64,000 nucleotides of DNA from Ignavibacteria bacterium (GCA_026415495.1 JAOAGZ010000002.1:4394-68393); one strand, 5' to 3'. Counted from the stretch's first letter, positions 27,873-38,407 are shown. A program made the numbers and translations. Notes: generated by a model from the letters alone, not told the origin.

Positions 27873-28634
27873 TTAGTCTGATTGTGATACTTTTGCAGGT
27901 GAGTTTATATCAACTCTGGAGATAGTGATTTCGACACGTCTATTTCTTGCTCTTCCTTCTTCTGTAGAATTGTCATCGACAGGTCTTTTATCGGCGAAAC
28001 CTCTTATAACAATGTTATCACCGGACACACCAAGAGAAATAAGTCTATACCCAACATTTAAAGCACGAGCAACAGATAAATGCCAATTTGATTCATATTG
28101 GAAAGTCCTTATCGGAGTATTATCGGTATGTCCATCAATAAAAATAGTATTGTTCAGAGTAGACAATATTTTAGCAAGAGAATCAATAACAGTAATACCA
28201 TCAGGTTGAATTTCGGCTTTACCCGAACGAAACATTAATTTTTCTGGAAGAACAACTACAAGCCCCTCTGAGGAAGTTCTAAGTGAAATTTCGCCTTTAG
28301 CTATATAATCTTTGAGAACAGTTGCTGCCTGGTTCTCAACTTCCTTTATGCCCTTAGCTTCACGAGGAGAAATCATAGGTTCTGGGATAGCTCTATGACC
28401 TGATTCAAGCACACCATCACCACCCTCAATTGGGTTTGCTGGCTGGCTTTTGAAATATTTGGTAAGTGCTGAAGAAATTTCTTTAAACTTTTCTTGATCA
28501 ACTTGTGAAGAAGCATAAAGAATAACAAATAATCCCAAAAGCAAAGTAATCAAATCAGCATAAGTAACTAAATACCTATCTTTTTCTGAACCATGAGATG
28601 AGTGCTGAAAATTATTTTTTTTATTCAATTTCAT
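27873..28634 (-). CDS. MotB/OmpA-family protein (stator-like peptidoglycan-binding protein)
   Basis: 253 aa. It has a MotB-type TM segment (YLVTYADLITLLLGLFVILYA) and a C-terminal OmpA-like domain (IDGHTDNTPI…NWHLSVARA…NRRVEI). Confidence 0.8.
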   Translation of the reverse strand: MKLNKKNNFQHSSHGSEKDRYLVTYADLITLLLGLFVILYASSQVDQEKFKEISSALTKYFKSQPANPIEGGDGVLESGHRAIPEPMISPREAKGIKEVENQAATVLKDYIAKGEISLRTSSEGLVVVLPEKLMFRSGKAEIQPDGITVIDSLAKILSTLNNTIFIDGHTDNTPIRTFQYESNWHLSVARALNVGYRLISLGVSGDNIVIRGFADKRPVDDNSTEEGRARNRRVEITISRVDINSPAKVSQSD

Positions 28635-28663
28635 ATCTAATATATCGTCAGAAGTGCAAAGAA

Positions 28664-30031
28664 CTAAACTTTAACAATACGAGCAGCAAAAGCACCATCA
28701 ATCCCGTGAATATGCGGGAAAGTTTGCATAAAACCATCTTTACAAACTTTTTTAGGCAAATAGTTTTCAGCGGGATCAATCTGCAGGTCTTTGTAATTAT
28801 CAAGCAGCCAATAAACAACTTCCTGATTTTCTTCGGGTTCGATTGTGCAGGTTGAGTAAATCAAAACACTACCTGTTGCCATAAATCTAACAGCATTCGA
28901 GATGATTTCTTTTTGTAATTCAACAATTTTTGGTATGTCGTCTGTATCCCGTTTCCATTTGATATCTGGTTTTTTGCGTAAGGTGCCCAATCCAGAGCAC
29001 GGCAAATCAGCAAAAATCAAATCAACTTTTTCTTGCAAGCGAAGTTTACGAGCATCTTCTACAAGTGTGTCAATTATCGATAGTTTTAATCTTTGGCGAC
29101 CTTCATTAATTGATTTAATCTTTGAAGAATATTTTTCGATTGCTAAGATGTTGCCTTGGTTCTTCATAAGTTCAGCAAGAAAAAAGGATTTCCCACCAGG
29201 AGCGGCAGCAATATCGAGGACTTTGTAATCTGGCTTGGGATTGGCGAGCATAACTGCAAGAGAAGCACTTGGGTCTTGAATTGTAATTTCACCATTCTGA
29301 AAAATTTCAGTAGAAGTAATATCAAATTTGGGATTTTTTAACAGGAATGTTTGTGGAAGATATTCACATTGGACGTATTCAACATTGTTTTTATCAAGCA
29401 GATATTTAATTTTGTCGATAGAGGAATTTAACAGATTAACTCTAATTGGAATGTATGGTCTTTGATTATTTGCAATGAGCAACTTTTCTGTTTCATCTTC
29501 TGAAAATCTTTCCAACCATCGCTTAACCATCCACTTAGGATGAGAATGAACAGTTGCAAGATAATAGACTAAATCTTCTTCCCTATCGGGATAACGAATT
29601 TTGTCTAAGTTCCTATGAAGGTTTCTCAAAACAGCATTCACCATACCAGCAGTTCTTTCGCCCTGAATTTGCTTTACTATCTCAACCGATTCATCTATTG
29701 CTGCATAGGCAGGTATTTTTTCTAAAAACATTATTTGATAAAGCCCAACTCGCATAGCATTTTTGACGAAGTTCAAACATTTTTGAAAATCGCCATTATA
29801 AAATCCGGTCAAAGCCCAATCTAATTTCAACTTCCAGCGAACAACCCCATTGATTAGTTCAGTGAGCAAAGCTTTATCTTGTTGAGTAAGTTCATTATTT
29901 TTAAGTTCGTTCGCTAATAATTTGTCCAAATAAGAATCGCTCCGTTCATAACGACTTAATATTCTGACTGCAAGATAGCGAACCCAGTTTAATTTTGATT
30001 TCTTCTCTTCGCTTAATTCAAAATTTACCAT
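28664..30031 (-). CDS. rsmB: 16S rRNA (cytosine967-C5)-methyltransferase
   Basis: 455 aa. It has a NusB-like N-terminal domain and the catalytic motifs DLPCSGLGTLRKKPDIKW and YSTCTIEPEEN. Confidence 0.9.
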   Translation of the reverse strand: MVNFELSEEKKSKLNWVRYLAVRILSRYERSDSYLDKLLANELKNNELTQQDKALLTELINGVVRWKLKLDWALTGFYNGDFQKCLNFVKNAMRVGLYQIMFLEKIPAYAAIDESVEIVKQIQGERTAGMVNAVLRNLHRNLDKIRYPDREEDLVYYLATVHSHPKWMVKRWLERFSEDETEKLLIANNQRPYIPIRVNLLNSSIDKIKYLLDKNNVEYVQCEYLPQTFLLKNPKFDITSTEIFQNGEITIQDPSASLAVMLANPKPDYKVLDIAAAPGGKSFFLAELMKNQGNILAIEKYSSKIKSINEGRQRLKLSIIDTLVEDARKLRLQEKVDLIFADLPCSGLGTLRKKPDIKWKRDTDDIPKIVELQKEIISNAVRFMATGSVLIYSTCTIEPEENQEVVYWLLDNYKDLQIDPAENYLPKKVCKDGFMQTFPHIHGIDGAFAARIVKV

Positions 30032-30111
30032 AAATAATGTAACGTTTTTTTGTTAAATTGTTAATTACAAATGTATAGTCGAATAAACAAGAAAAAACTT
30101 TTGGTGAATTT

Positions 30112-30888
30112 ATGAAAAAGTTCCTATATATTGTATTAGCACTTTTTTCAATAAATACAGTTTTTAGCCAAATTTCTGACCCACTTACTCCTTCAATCCC
30201 TAAGAAACCAAAAGAAGCAGGTATGTTTATTGGTTTAGGTGGGAATCACCAACTTGGAACAAGCTATGTAGACTGCGAAGACTGCAAGTTCGAAAATGGG
30301 AATAGGTTTGGCTATACATTTGGATTAAATATGGAAGATTTTGTAAATGAGAATAGTATCAAATACGGATTTGCTTTAATGTATGAAAATATATCTGTTA
30401 AAGCAAGTTATAGGGAAAGAGAAGCCTTTGAATATGAAAAGAATAGATTTGTTGGTGTTAATTTCAGAAACACGAGCGAAATCAACACCAGTGCGTTAGC
30501 AATACAACCGTATCTGAAGTTTATTGGATTTGAATTAATGTTCATTAAAATATCTCCGTCAATCTCTTATATTATATCATCGAATTTAATACATAAAAAA
30601 GAAATATTAGATGAAAGCATATTGTTGCCAAATGGAGAGCAGGTAAAAATATTGTTCCCAGAAACTAATTCGAATAAAATAATTCTTGAAGATAATGATT
30701 ATCGAGAAGTTAATTCTTTACAATTTGGACTTGCAACCAATATTGGATTTGACTTCAAAGTTGATAATAACTACTATTTGTCTCCACAATTTTATTATTA
30801 TTATCCATTTAGTAAATATTCTGATTATGGAGATAACTTTAAAATTTCAAATTGGAGAGTGCTAATAGAATTGAGAGTAAAAATTTGA
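30112..30888 (+). CDS. Hypothetical secreted protein, probably a small outer-membrane beta-barrel
   Basis: 258 aa with a signal peptide (…NTVFSQ). It shows an alternating hydrophobic pattern and an aromatic-rich C-terminal region. No family recognised. Confidence 0.5.
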   Translation: MKKFLYIVLALFSINTVFSQISDPLTPSIPKKPKEAGMFIGLGGNHQLGTSYVDCEDCKFENGNRFGYTFGLNMEDFVNENSIKYGFALMYENISVKASYREREAFEYEKNRFVGVNFRNTSEINTSALAIQPYLKFIGFELMFIKISPSISYIISSNLIHKKEILDESILLPNGEQVKILFPETNSNKIILEDNDYREVNSLQFGLATNIGFDFKVDNNYYLSPQFYYYYPFSKYSDYGDNFKISNWRVLIELRVKI

Positions 30889-31001
30889 AAATATTGTAAT
30901 TTTAATTATAAATGATTTTGATTTTTTAAGATTTTAAGGTAATTTATTAATTGAAAATTATTAAAATATTAATTTTTAGTAAACAAACAAGGTGGATGTA
31001 A

Positions 31002-33647
31002 ATGCAAAAGTTTAAGACATTTTCGCTGATTTCATTGTATTTATTTCTCTGCATATTGATTTCTCAGTCTTTGTTTTCTCAAAACACAAAAGAAAATGAC
31101 GAGACTGCACTAAGTAACCAAATGCATTTAATTGCAATGAAGATTGAACCGTCTGAAGGGCAGTCCAATATCATTGCAAGCAGAAGAATTCGAATAATCA
31201 ATTTAGGGCCGGTTGTCAATTGGCAAGGATTGGATTACGCTCCGACAATAAGTGCTGATGGCAGAACTTTATACTTTGTGTCGAACAGACCGGGCAGCAA
31301 GCTCACACCAGATGGGAAACCATCTCATGATTTTTGGGCAGCAAAAAAATTAGAAAGATTGGATTCAGTATTTTTCCAGCCATATAATATTGATACTACG
31401 ACAAATTATGGGAGATTAGGTGTTAATACTGAATTAAATGAAGGCGTTGCTTCAATAAGTGCGGATGGTAGAACTTTGTATTTTACAGGTTGCAATCGTC
31501 CAGATGGAATCGGAGACTGCGATATATACAAGACAACAATCGAAGGTGATCGTTGGGGACGCCCTGTGAATTTAGGTAAGAACATTAATTCAGAAGTATT
31601 TGATTCGCAACCATCAATTGCACCTGACCAAAGTAGGTTATATTTTGTTTCAACCAGAAAAGGACCAAATAGCGATGGCAGAAATGTTCCAAAGAATTTT
31701 GATATTTGGTATTCAGATTGGGACTATGATTTAGAAGAATGGAAACCTGCTAAAAATTTAGAAGCAATCAATACAAAAGGGCGTGAAGTTTCACCATTCA
31801 TAGCTGCAGATAATCAAACACTATTTTTTGCTTCTGATGGACACAAACCAAACTATGGAGGGCTTGATTTTTATGTTACTCGCTACGATCCTGTAACTAA
31901 AACCTGGAGTACACCGGAAAATCTGGGTGAACCAATTAATACGAAAGAAGATGAAATGTTTATCACTTTGCCTGCATCCGGTGATATTCTATATTTCTCT
32001 TCGAGAAGAACAGATATTCCAAGTTACCAAGGAGATTATGATATTTTTATGGCGTTTGTTCCTACATTCTTCCGTGCTGTAAACGTTGCTGGTACTGTTG
32101 TTGATGAATGTACCGGTGAATTTATCCCTGCAAAAATTGAGATAAAAAATCCTATTACCGGCAGAATATATACGGATTCTCTTAATTTGCAACGCACAAA
32201 ATTTGAATATGTTGTAACCAACAGCGATTATGGTGAAGGAAAAGAGTCGGCTGATAGAGTTCAATTAGAAATAAGTGCTTTCAATCCAAAATATGGTAAA
32301 AGATCGGTATTCCAAGAAGTAATAAAACCAAAGAAAACAGACGATCCGGAAGAAGCCAAAAAATTCGCTGATGAAATTAATGTTAAAATATTAATGGGAC
32401 AAAGACCAGTTCTTACGGCAGAAATAGATGAAGCAGATTATATTAAAAGAGCAAAAGTTGCCGACCCGAAACTCGCAAGTTATCGCGGACTTGTAATGGA
32501 AGAAGTTCAAACCTGGGATTTGTATCCTTTGTTGAATTATGTATTTTTTGATTTAGGTTCATCTGTTCTTCCGCCTCGCTATATTTTATTCAAATCACCT
32601 GAAGAAGCTAAGAACTTCACAGACACAACTATAGCAGGTGGTACACTGAATAAATATTATCACGTATTGAATATTTATGGTTATCGTTTGAATAAATTCC
32701 CGGATGCTAAGATTGAAATTGTAGGGACAACAGATGGTACTACTCCTGAAGAAAAGAGAGTAAATCTTTCGAAAGAAAGGGCTGAATTTGTTTATAATTA
32801 TTTCAAGAATATCTGGAAGATAAGCCCTGATAGAATGAAACTTACATTTAGAGACAAACCTCTTGTAGTTTCTAATCTTAAAGATTCATTAGGAATACAG
32901 GAAAATCGTCGTGTAGAAATTCTTTGCGATGATTGGAATATTACAAAACCTGTATTTGATAAAGATCCTACTACATTCCCACAACCAGAAGAGATGAAAT
33001 TTGTAATAAAGAATGGAATTGATGACGCAATAATTGCTAAAAGAAGAATTGAAATCAAGCGCGGGAATGAAAAATGGATGACATTGAATAATATCGGATT
33101 GACAGAACCCAATTATACTTGGGATTGGACAAATGAAGACGGGAAATATCCGAAAGATGAAGTTCCATATACAGCGCAATTAATAGTAACCACAAAGAGT
33201 GGAGCAGAATGTTCCTCCGATCCTATCACAATTCCAGTCAAGCAAATTTCTACATTAGAAAAGAAAACATCTGTAGTTGGTGATAGTACTCTTGAGCGCT
33301 ATAATCTTATTCTTTTCCCATTCAACTCTGCTGAAGCAGGTGAAACAAACAACAGAATTATGCGTGAATATGTATATGACCGTGTAAAACCAACCTCTGT
33401 AGCAGAAGTTGTTGGGCATACTGACGTTGTAGGATTATTTGATCACAATCTGAAATTATCCGAAAGACGTGCTGAAACAGTTCGTCAAGGAATAATTAAA
33501 GCTACCGGTGGTAGATATGCTACGTTGAATTCAAAAGGCGTTGGCGAAGACGATCCATTATATACGAATGATTTGCCGGAAGGTCGTTTCTACAATAGAA
33601 CAGTTCAGGTGGTTATTCGAACTCCAGTTTCAGAATACGAAAAATAA
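31002..33647 (+). CDS. Large secreted PD40 (TolB-like beta-propeller repeat) protein with two OmpA-like peptidoglycan-binding domains
   Basis: 881 aa with a signal peptide. It has repeated SADGRTLYF / APDQSRLYF / AADNQTLFF PD40 motifs. There are two OmpA-like modules (…IEIVGTTDG…NRRVEI… and …VVGHTDVVG…LSERRAETV…NRTVQVVI). Confidence 0.8.
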   Translation: MQKFKTFSLISLYLFLCILISQSLFSQNTKENDETALSNQMHLIAMKIEPSEGQSNIIASRRIRIINLGPVVNWQGLDYAPTISADGRTLYFVSNRPGSKLTPDGKPSHDFWAAKKLERLDSVFFQPYNIDTTTNYGRLGVNTELNEGVASISADGRTLYFTGCNRPDGIGDCDIYKTTIEGDRWGRPVNLGKNINSEVFDSQPSIAPDQSRLYFVSTRKGPNSDGRNVPKNFDIWYSDWDYDLEEWKPAKNLEAINTKGREVSPFIAADNQTLFFASDGHKPNYGGLDFYVTRYDPVTKTWSTPENLGEPINTKEDEMFITLPASGDILYFSSRRTDIPSYQGDYDIFMAFVPTFFRAVNVAGTVVDECTGEFIPAKIEIKNPITGRIYTDSLNLQRTKFEYVVTNSDYGEGKESADRVQLEISAFNPKYGKRSVFQEVIKPKKTDDPEEAKKFADEINVKILMGQRPVLTAEIDEADYIKRAKVADPKLASYRGLVMEEVQTWDLYPLLNYVFFDLGSSVLPPRYILFKSPEEAKNFTDTTIAGGTLNKYYHVLNIYGYRLNKFPDAKIEIVGTTDGTTPEEKRVNLSKERAEFVYNYFKNIWKISPDRMKLTFRDKPLVVSNLKDSLGIQENRRVEILCDDWNITKPVFDKDPTTFPQPEEMKFVIKNGIDDAIIAKRRIEIKRGNEKWMTLNNIGLTEPNYTWDWTNEDGKYPKDEVPYTAQLIVTTKSGAECSSDPITIPVKQISTLEKKTSVVGDSTLERYNLILFPFNSAEAGETNNRIMREYVYDRVKPTSVAEVVGHTDVVGLFDHNLKLSERRAETVRQGIIKATGGRYATLNSKGVGEDDPLYTNDLPEGRFYNRTVQVVIRTPVSEYEK

Positions 33648-33667
33648 TATCTCCTAACAATCTAAAT

Positions 33668-33704
33668 AAAAGGCGGGATATAATTTATCCCGCCTTTATT
33701 TTAT
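33668..33704. terminator. Bidirectional rho-independent terminator (PD40/OmpA gene and purH)
   Basis: GGCGGGATA-TAATTT-ATCCCGCC is flanked by an A-run upstream and a T-run downstream, between convergent genes. Confidence 0.7.
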
Positions 33705-33717
33705 CAAGAAAACTCAA

Positions 33718-35265
33718 TTAATGTCTGAAATGTCTTATCCCAGTGAAAATCATAGTTAAATTGAGTTCATCTGCAGTTTTAATAACTTCTTCATCACGGA
33801 CAGAACCACCTGGCTGAATCACGGCAGTAGCACCAGCAGAGGCAGCATAACGAACACCATCATCAAACGGGAAGAAAGCATCAGAAGCAATAGCTGACCC
33901 GGTTAAATCAATACCTTGAAGTTTTGCTTTTTCAACTGCAATTCTCGAAGAATCGACACGCGACATTTGCCCAGCACCAATAGCCAAAGTTCTATCGCTT
34001 TTTGCATAAACAATAGCGTTGGATTTTACGTGTTTACAGACTTTCCAAGCAAATTTCATTGAATTAAGTTCTTCGTCTGTTGGTTTTCTTTTGGTTACGA
34101 CTTGAAGATTGTTCTCATTAAGGAGTAAATTATCACTATCCTGAACAAGCAATCCACCAGGTACTGAGCGAATATTTTTCGAAGAATGTTTTTTCAGCAA
34201 TTCAAAATTAACTTTTATTAGTCTTCTATCTTTCTTTTTCATTAGCAATTCCATAGCATCATCGGCAAAATCGGGTGCAATTATTACTTCGGTAAACATA
34301 GAATGCATTGCATTGGCAGCATCAAAATCAATTTTCCTATTGACGGCGATTATTCCACCGAAAGGAGATACATTATCAGTAGCAAGTGCTTTTTCGAAGG
34401 CATTAGCAATAGTATCACCCAAAGCGACACCACAAGGGTTCGTGTGCTTAATTATTGCAAGAACAAGTTCATCGAACTCCAAAATAAGTTCTGAAGCGGC
34501 ACTAATATCAATAATGTTATTGAAAGAAAGTTCTTTTCCGTGTAATTTTTCAAAAATGCAATTAAAATATCCATATAGAGCAGCATTTTGGTGAGGATTT
34601 TCGCCATAACGCAATGTTTGAGATAAATTAAAAGACAAATTCAGTTTTTCAGGAATTTCAATTTTATTACATTGATTAAAATAATTTGCGATGAGACTAT
34701 CATAATATGCAGTGTGAGAAAACACTTCCCCAGCAAGCTTCAAGCGATATTCTTCTGGGATTGATTGTCCTGCTTCGAGATAGGCAATGATTTCCGGATA
34801 GCGTTCTGGATTGACAACAACGGCAGTCCATTTGTAATTTTTTGCTGAAGCACGAAGCATAGCCGGACCGCCTATATCAATATTTTCAATTAATTCTTCG
34901 TGAGTAACATTTTCCTTATTCAGAGTTTGTTCAAAAGGATATAAATTTACAACAAGTAAATCAATTGATTTAAGATTATTATCAGCAAGTTGTTGGATAT
35001 GCGTTTCGTCTGATAGGTCTGCAAGCAAGCCAGCGTGAACAGCAGGATGCAAGGTTTTCACCCGACCACCTAAAATCTCAGGAAATCCAGTAAGCTGGGA
35101 TATGCTTTTTACCTCAATTGAAGCATCTTTGAGAATTTTGGCAGTGCCACCGGTTGAGTAAATTTCAATACCAAGATTTGCAAGTTTTTTAGCGAAATCA
35201 ACAACACCGGTTTTGTCGGAAACAGAAATAATAGCCGTTTTGATTTTGTAATCGGATGGGTTCAT
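33718..35265 (-). CDS. purH: Bifunctional AICAR formyltransferase / IMP cyclohydrolase
   Basis: 515 aa. It matches PurH end to end (ALISVSDKTG-type N-terminus, GGRVKTLHP, …IFTGIRHFRH C-terminus). Confidence 0.95.
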   Translation of the reverse strand: MNPSDYKIKTAIISVSDKTGVVDFAKKLANLGIEIYSTGGTAKILKDASIEVKSISQLTGFPEILGGRVKTLHPAVHAGLLADLSDETHIQQLADNNLKSIDLLVVNLYPFEQTLNKENVTHEELIENIDIGGPAMLRASAKNYKWTAVVVNPERYPEIIAYLEAGQSIPEEYRLKLAGEVFSHTAYYDSLIANYFNQCNKIEIPEKLNLSFNLSQTLRYGENPHQNAALYGYFNCIFEKLHGKELSFNNIIDISAASELILEFDELVLAIIKHTNPCGVALGDTIANAFEKALATDNVSPFGGIIAVNRKIDFDAANAMHSMFTEVIIAPDFADDAMELLMKKKDRRLIKVNFELLKKHSSKNIRSVPGGLLVQDSDNLLLNENNLQVVTKRKPTDEELNSMKFAWKVCKHVKSNAIVYAKSDRTLAIGAGQMSRVDSSRIAVEKAKLQGIDLTGSAIASDAFFPFDDGVRYAASAGATAVIQPGGSVRDEEVIKTADELNLTMIFTGIRHFRH

Positions 35266-35286
35266 ATTAATTCTCCTAAAAATATA

Positions 35287-36519
35287 TTAATCATTACGCA
35301 ATTCTTCTGCTATATTAATTTTTACAGCCTGATTTGCAGGATAAATAGTTGCAAGAAAGCATAAAAATATTGAGAAAAAAGCAACAATAAGCACATCAAC
35401 GGCGTTCAAACTCACTGGTATTGCATCAATAATATAGCGGTTAATGTCAATTTTGAACCATTTGTAATGAGATTGAACAAAAACGAAAACTATTCCGAGC
35501 ATAATTCCCAAGAATGTAGAAATAACCCCAATTAATAAGCCCACCTTTAAAAATATCTTTTTAATCAGTTTTTCGTTTGCCCCAAGAGCTTTTAGAGTAG
35601 CAATATCTTGTTGTTTTTCGGTTAATGTCATCGAAAGTGATGCAAAAAGATTAAATACAGCAATGATAATAATTATTCCTACTATTGCGAATGAAACAAG
35701 TTTTTCAAATTTCATTATTGAATAGAGTTGGCTATTTAACTCTTTCCATGTTTGAATTTTAACTTCGGATGGTAAGGCATTCGATAACTTTGCTTTTACT
35801 TCTTCTGCTTTCTGAAAATCATCAAGAAAAATATCAATTGAATTAACTGAATTTGAAGGAATTGAGAGTAAAATTTTTAAATCGTTAGAACTAATAAATG
35901 CAACTGTTAAATCATAATCTTTAATGTTTGTATTGAAAATAGCCCCGACTGTAACGGTATAGCCTTTTGGCTGAGAAAATGCCAACAAACTGCTTTCAAT
36001 GTTATTAGGTGTAAATAATTCTATACTTTCACCAACAGAAACTTGCAGACGTTCAGCAAGAGCAGAGCCAATAAATATGGTCTGCTCGCTCAACTGATTG
36101 AAAATTCCTAAACTTCCTGAGATAATATATTTAGGTAATTCATTATTAAGTAGATTACTATTCGGCTCTAAACCATTAAGATTAAAAACTTGCATTTTAG
36201 AATTATGCACAGCAACTACTTTGCTTTGAACTGTAGGATTGATGAAATGAATTTGTTTAATCGCTTTGCTTTTTTCAATATTTATATTGTTTAAATTAAT
36301 ATAATTACCTTTTTGTGGCACTATTCTCAAGTGAGGGTCGATACCAACAATTTGTTTGAGAGTAAGTTCCTGAAATCCATTAAATATTGACTGAACAGCA
36401 ACCAGCGAAGCATTACCGATAATTATACCAAGAATAGAAAGAAATGTAACATAGGAAATAAAATTAAATGAATGCTTCGGGAAAATATAACGTAGCGATA
36501 TTAAATTATCAACTTTCAT
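35287..36519 (-). CDS. FtsX/LolC/LolE-family ABC transporter permease
   Basis: 410 aa. It has an N-terminal TM segment, a large periplasmic domain and a C-terminal 3-TM FtsX domain (…KALGA…IFLKVGLLIG…). Confidence 0.85.
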   Translation of the reverse strand: MKVDNLISLRYIFPKHSFNFISYVTFLSILGIIIGNASLVAVQSIFNGFQELTLKQIVGIDPHLRIVPQKGNYINLNNINIEKSKAIKQIHFINPTVQSKVVAVHNSKMQVFNLNGLEPNSNLLNNELPKYIISGSLGIFNQLSEQTIFIGSALAERLQVSVGESIELFTPNNIESSLLAFSQPKGYTVTVGAIFNTNIKDYDLTVAFISSNDLKILLSIPSNSVNSIDIFLDDFQKAEEVKAKLSNALPSEVKIQTWKELNSQLYSIMKFEKLVSFAIVGIIIIIAVFNLFASLSMTLTEKQQDIATLKALGANEKLIKKIFLKVGLLIGVISTFLGIMLGIVFVFVQSHYKWFKIDINRYIIDAIPVSLNAVDVLIVAFFSIFLCFLATIYPANQAVKINIAEELRND

Positions 36520-36520
36520 A

Positions 36521-38206
36521 TTATTTCCCTATGCGGAGAGTAATTCCCTCGGTTTCCCAGCGACTTTTCACAGAAATAGTCAAGCCAGTTAGATAAAACT
36601 TCTCTGAGAAATCAAATGGTAGAACTTTTCCGAAATCATACCGATTATTGCTGTTTCTATCTTCGTATATCCATATTTTATAGTCGCCACTTCGAATATT
36701 ATCGATACGCCACTTCCCTTCCTGATTTACTACTGCCTGAAATAATCTATTATCATTGACACCTTCGAATACAACAATTTTTTGCAACTCTGTTCCAGAA
36801 GAGTCTATAAGCGATCCACTAACCGTTCCATAATTCCTATTGTCTTCTGTTTTAAAGAAGAGGGAAATTGTATCACGGACTTTGTTCGCTTTGAATTGCG
36901 GAATAATTGCTTCAGGTGGTATTTTAATTAAATAGGAAGAGTTATATACTAATGAAGCATTCAGCAACAATTTAGTAGAATTAATAATACTGGAAGAAAA
37001 AATAACATCTGAACTATCCGAGAATTGATGAAAATCAATCAATTCGTTGATTACACTATCCACAGGCTCGGAAAAAGTAAATAATATTTTTCTATCTAAC
37101 GGTATGTTTGTTGAACTATCTCTAATTGAAGCAGAAAGAAAACGAAATTCAGAAGCATCTTCTTCGGTAACTGATTTAGCTTTTATAGTTTTACCGAATT
37201 CGTTAAATATATTACCAATTGTATCCGAAATAACAACGATGCTATCTGGAATTGAAACATACAGAGTTTTTTGGGCGTCGATTTTATCATTCAAGATAAC
37301 ATTGAGAATATTCTGGCTCTGATTATCAATGTAATAATTTTTAACTTTGTAGAAATGATTGTTAAGAGAATCAAATATTGCGATAGAAGAAGAACTTAAA
37401 TGATGTATGAGGATATTCTCGCTAAAAAACAGCTTTACTTTATTATTGCTTTCAAATTCTGCAGAAAAAAGTTTGGGAGGGGAAAAATCAACTATTTTCC
37501 CAAATCTGAAAAGAGCATCATCTGATTTGCCATTTTTAACAGAAAAATCTTGAAAAGCAGTTGAGTAAAAATCCTGATTTTCGGTTAGAACTAAATCCTT
37601 GAACTGGTCTTTAACAGCAATTAATCTATATTTTCCGTCAGCCAAACCTTGAAGAGTGAAGTTACCTGACGCCCCAACCTGAACACGATATTTTGGCAGA
37701 GCATAAGTTAACCGAAATGTGTCTGTATCAATATTTGTAATATCATAAGCAAAAATAAAGATACCTTGTGGATTTTTGTCAATGACAATGCCGTTGATTT
37801 TACCGGTATCAATTATTTCACCAGTTGAAAAAATCAAGGAAAATGCTTCACTGGGCTTGATATTTCTGAAATCAGTGTAATCTGTTCCCAAATTAATAAG
37901 GTAAGTGGTATTCGGAAGTAAACTTTCCTTAAATTCAATAGAAAGTTTTTTCCCGGACCAATCAAATTCGGCACCGGTTAGAGGTTGGATATATAAATTT
38001 TCAAGAACAGAGTTTTTGTTCATATATTTTGTGAACTGCAATTCAACTTTTTTGCCATCGAAATTAATTGTTCCGTTTTTAGGATAGGTATTCACTATTT
38101 CAGGTGGAGTAACATCAGGTGGACCGCCAGATGGTGCCTGCACATTCGCACACGAATAAAGCAGAAATAGAACGAAAAACAAGTAATATGTTAATTTAAT
38201 TTTCAA
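36521..38206 (-). CDS. Lipoprotein with an N-terminal SbsA/Big_5-type Ig-like domain, function unknown
   Basis: 561 aa. It has a lipobox (FLLYSC), then PDVTPPEIVNTYPKNGTINFDGKKVELQFTKYM, typical of Ig-like Big_5 domains. The C-terminus resembles a carboxypeptidase-regulatory-like beta-sandwich (GTVSGSLID…). Confidence 0.6.
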   Translation of the reverse strand: MKIKLTYYLFFVLFLLYSCANVQAPSGGPPDVTPPEIVNTYPKNGTINFDGKKVELQFTKYMNKNSVLENLYIQPLTGAEFDWSGKKLSIEFKESLLPNTTYLINLGTDYTDFRNIKPSEAFSLIFSTGEIIDTGKINGIVIDKNPQGIFIFAYDITNIDTDTFRLTYALPKYRVQVGASGNFTLQGLADGKYRLIAVKDQFKDLVLTENQDFYSTAFQDFSVKNGKSDDALFRFGKIVDFSPPKLFSAEFESNNKVKLFFSENILIHHLSSSSIAIFDSLNNHFYKVKNYYIDNQSQNILNVILNDKIDAQKTLYVSIPDSIVVISDTIGNIFNEFGKTIKAKSVTEEDASEFRFLSASIRDSSTNIPLDRKILFTFSEPVDSVINELIDFHQFSDSSDVIFSSSIINSTKLLLNASLVYNSSYLIKIPPEAIIPQFKANKVRDTISLFFKTEDNRNYGTVSGSLIDSSGTELQKIVVFEGVNDNRLFQAVVNQEGKWRIDNIRSGDYKIWIYEDRNSNNRYDFGKVLPFDFSEKFYLTGLTISVKSRWETEGITLRIGK

Positions 38207-38403
38207 TCTTGATTATTCACATTTAACAAAACATAAATGAAACTTAAGACCAGAGATAGTAAAATTCCAAAGGCAAAATACCCCATAAAGAATTTTGATA
38301 ATATCCCGTAATATACTAATAATTGGTTAGAAATTGTCAGCGAGGTATAAAAAATTGCAAACATCAGAAAGAATTTTTTTAATATTTTAGTTAGCTTATT
38401 CAT
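38203..38403 (-). CDS. Small (66 aa) two-TM membrane protein, hypothetical
   Basis: The ORF is wedged between the ABC ATPase (4-nt gap) and the lipoprotein gene (4-nt ATGA overlap). It has two hydrophobic helices. No homology recognised. Confidence 0.45.
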   Translation of the reverse strand: MNKLTKILKKFFLMFAIFYTSLTISNQLLVYYGILSKFFMGYFAFGILLSLVLSFIYVLLNVNNQD

Positions 38404-38407
38404 AATA

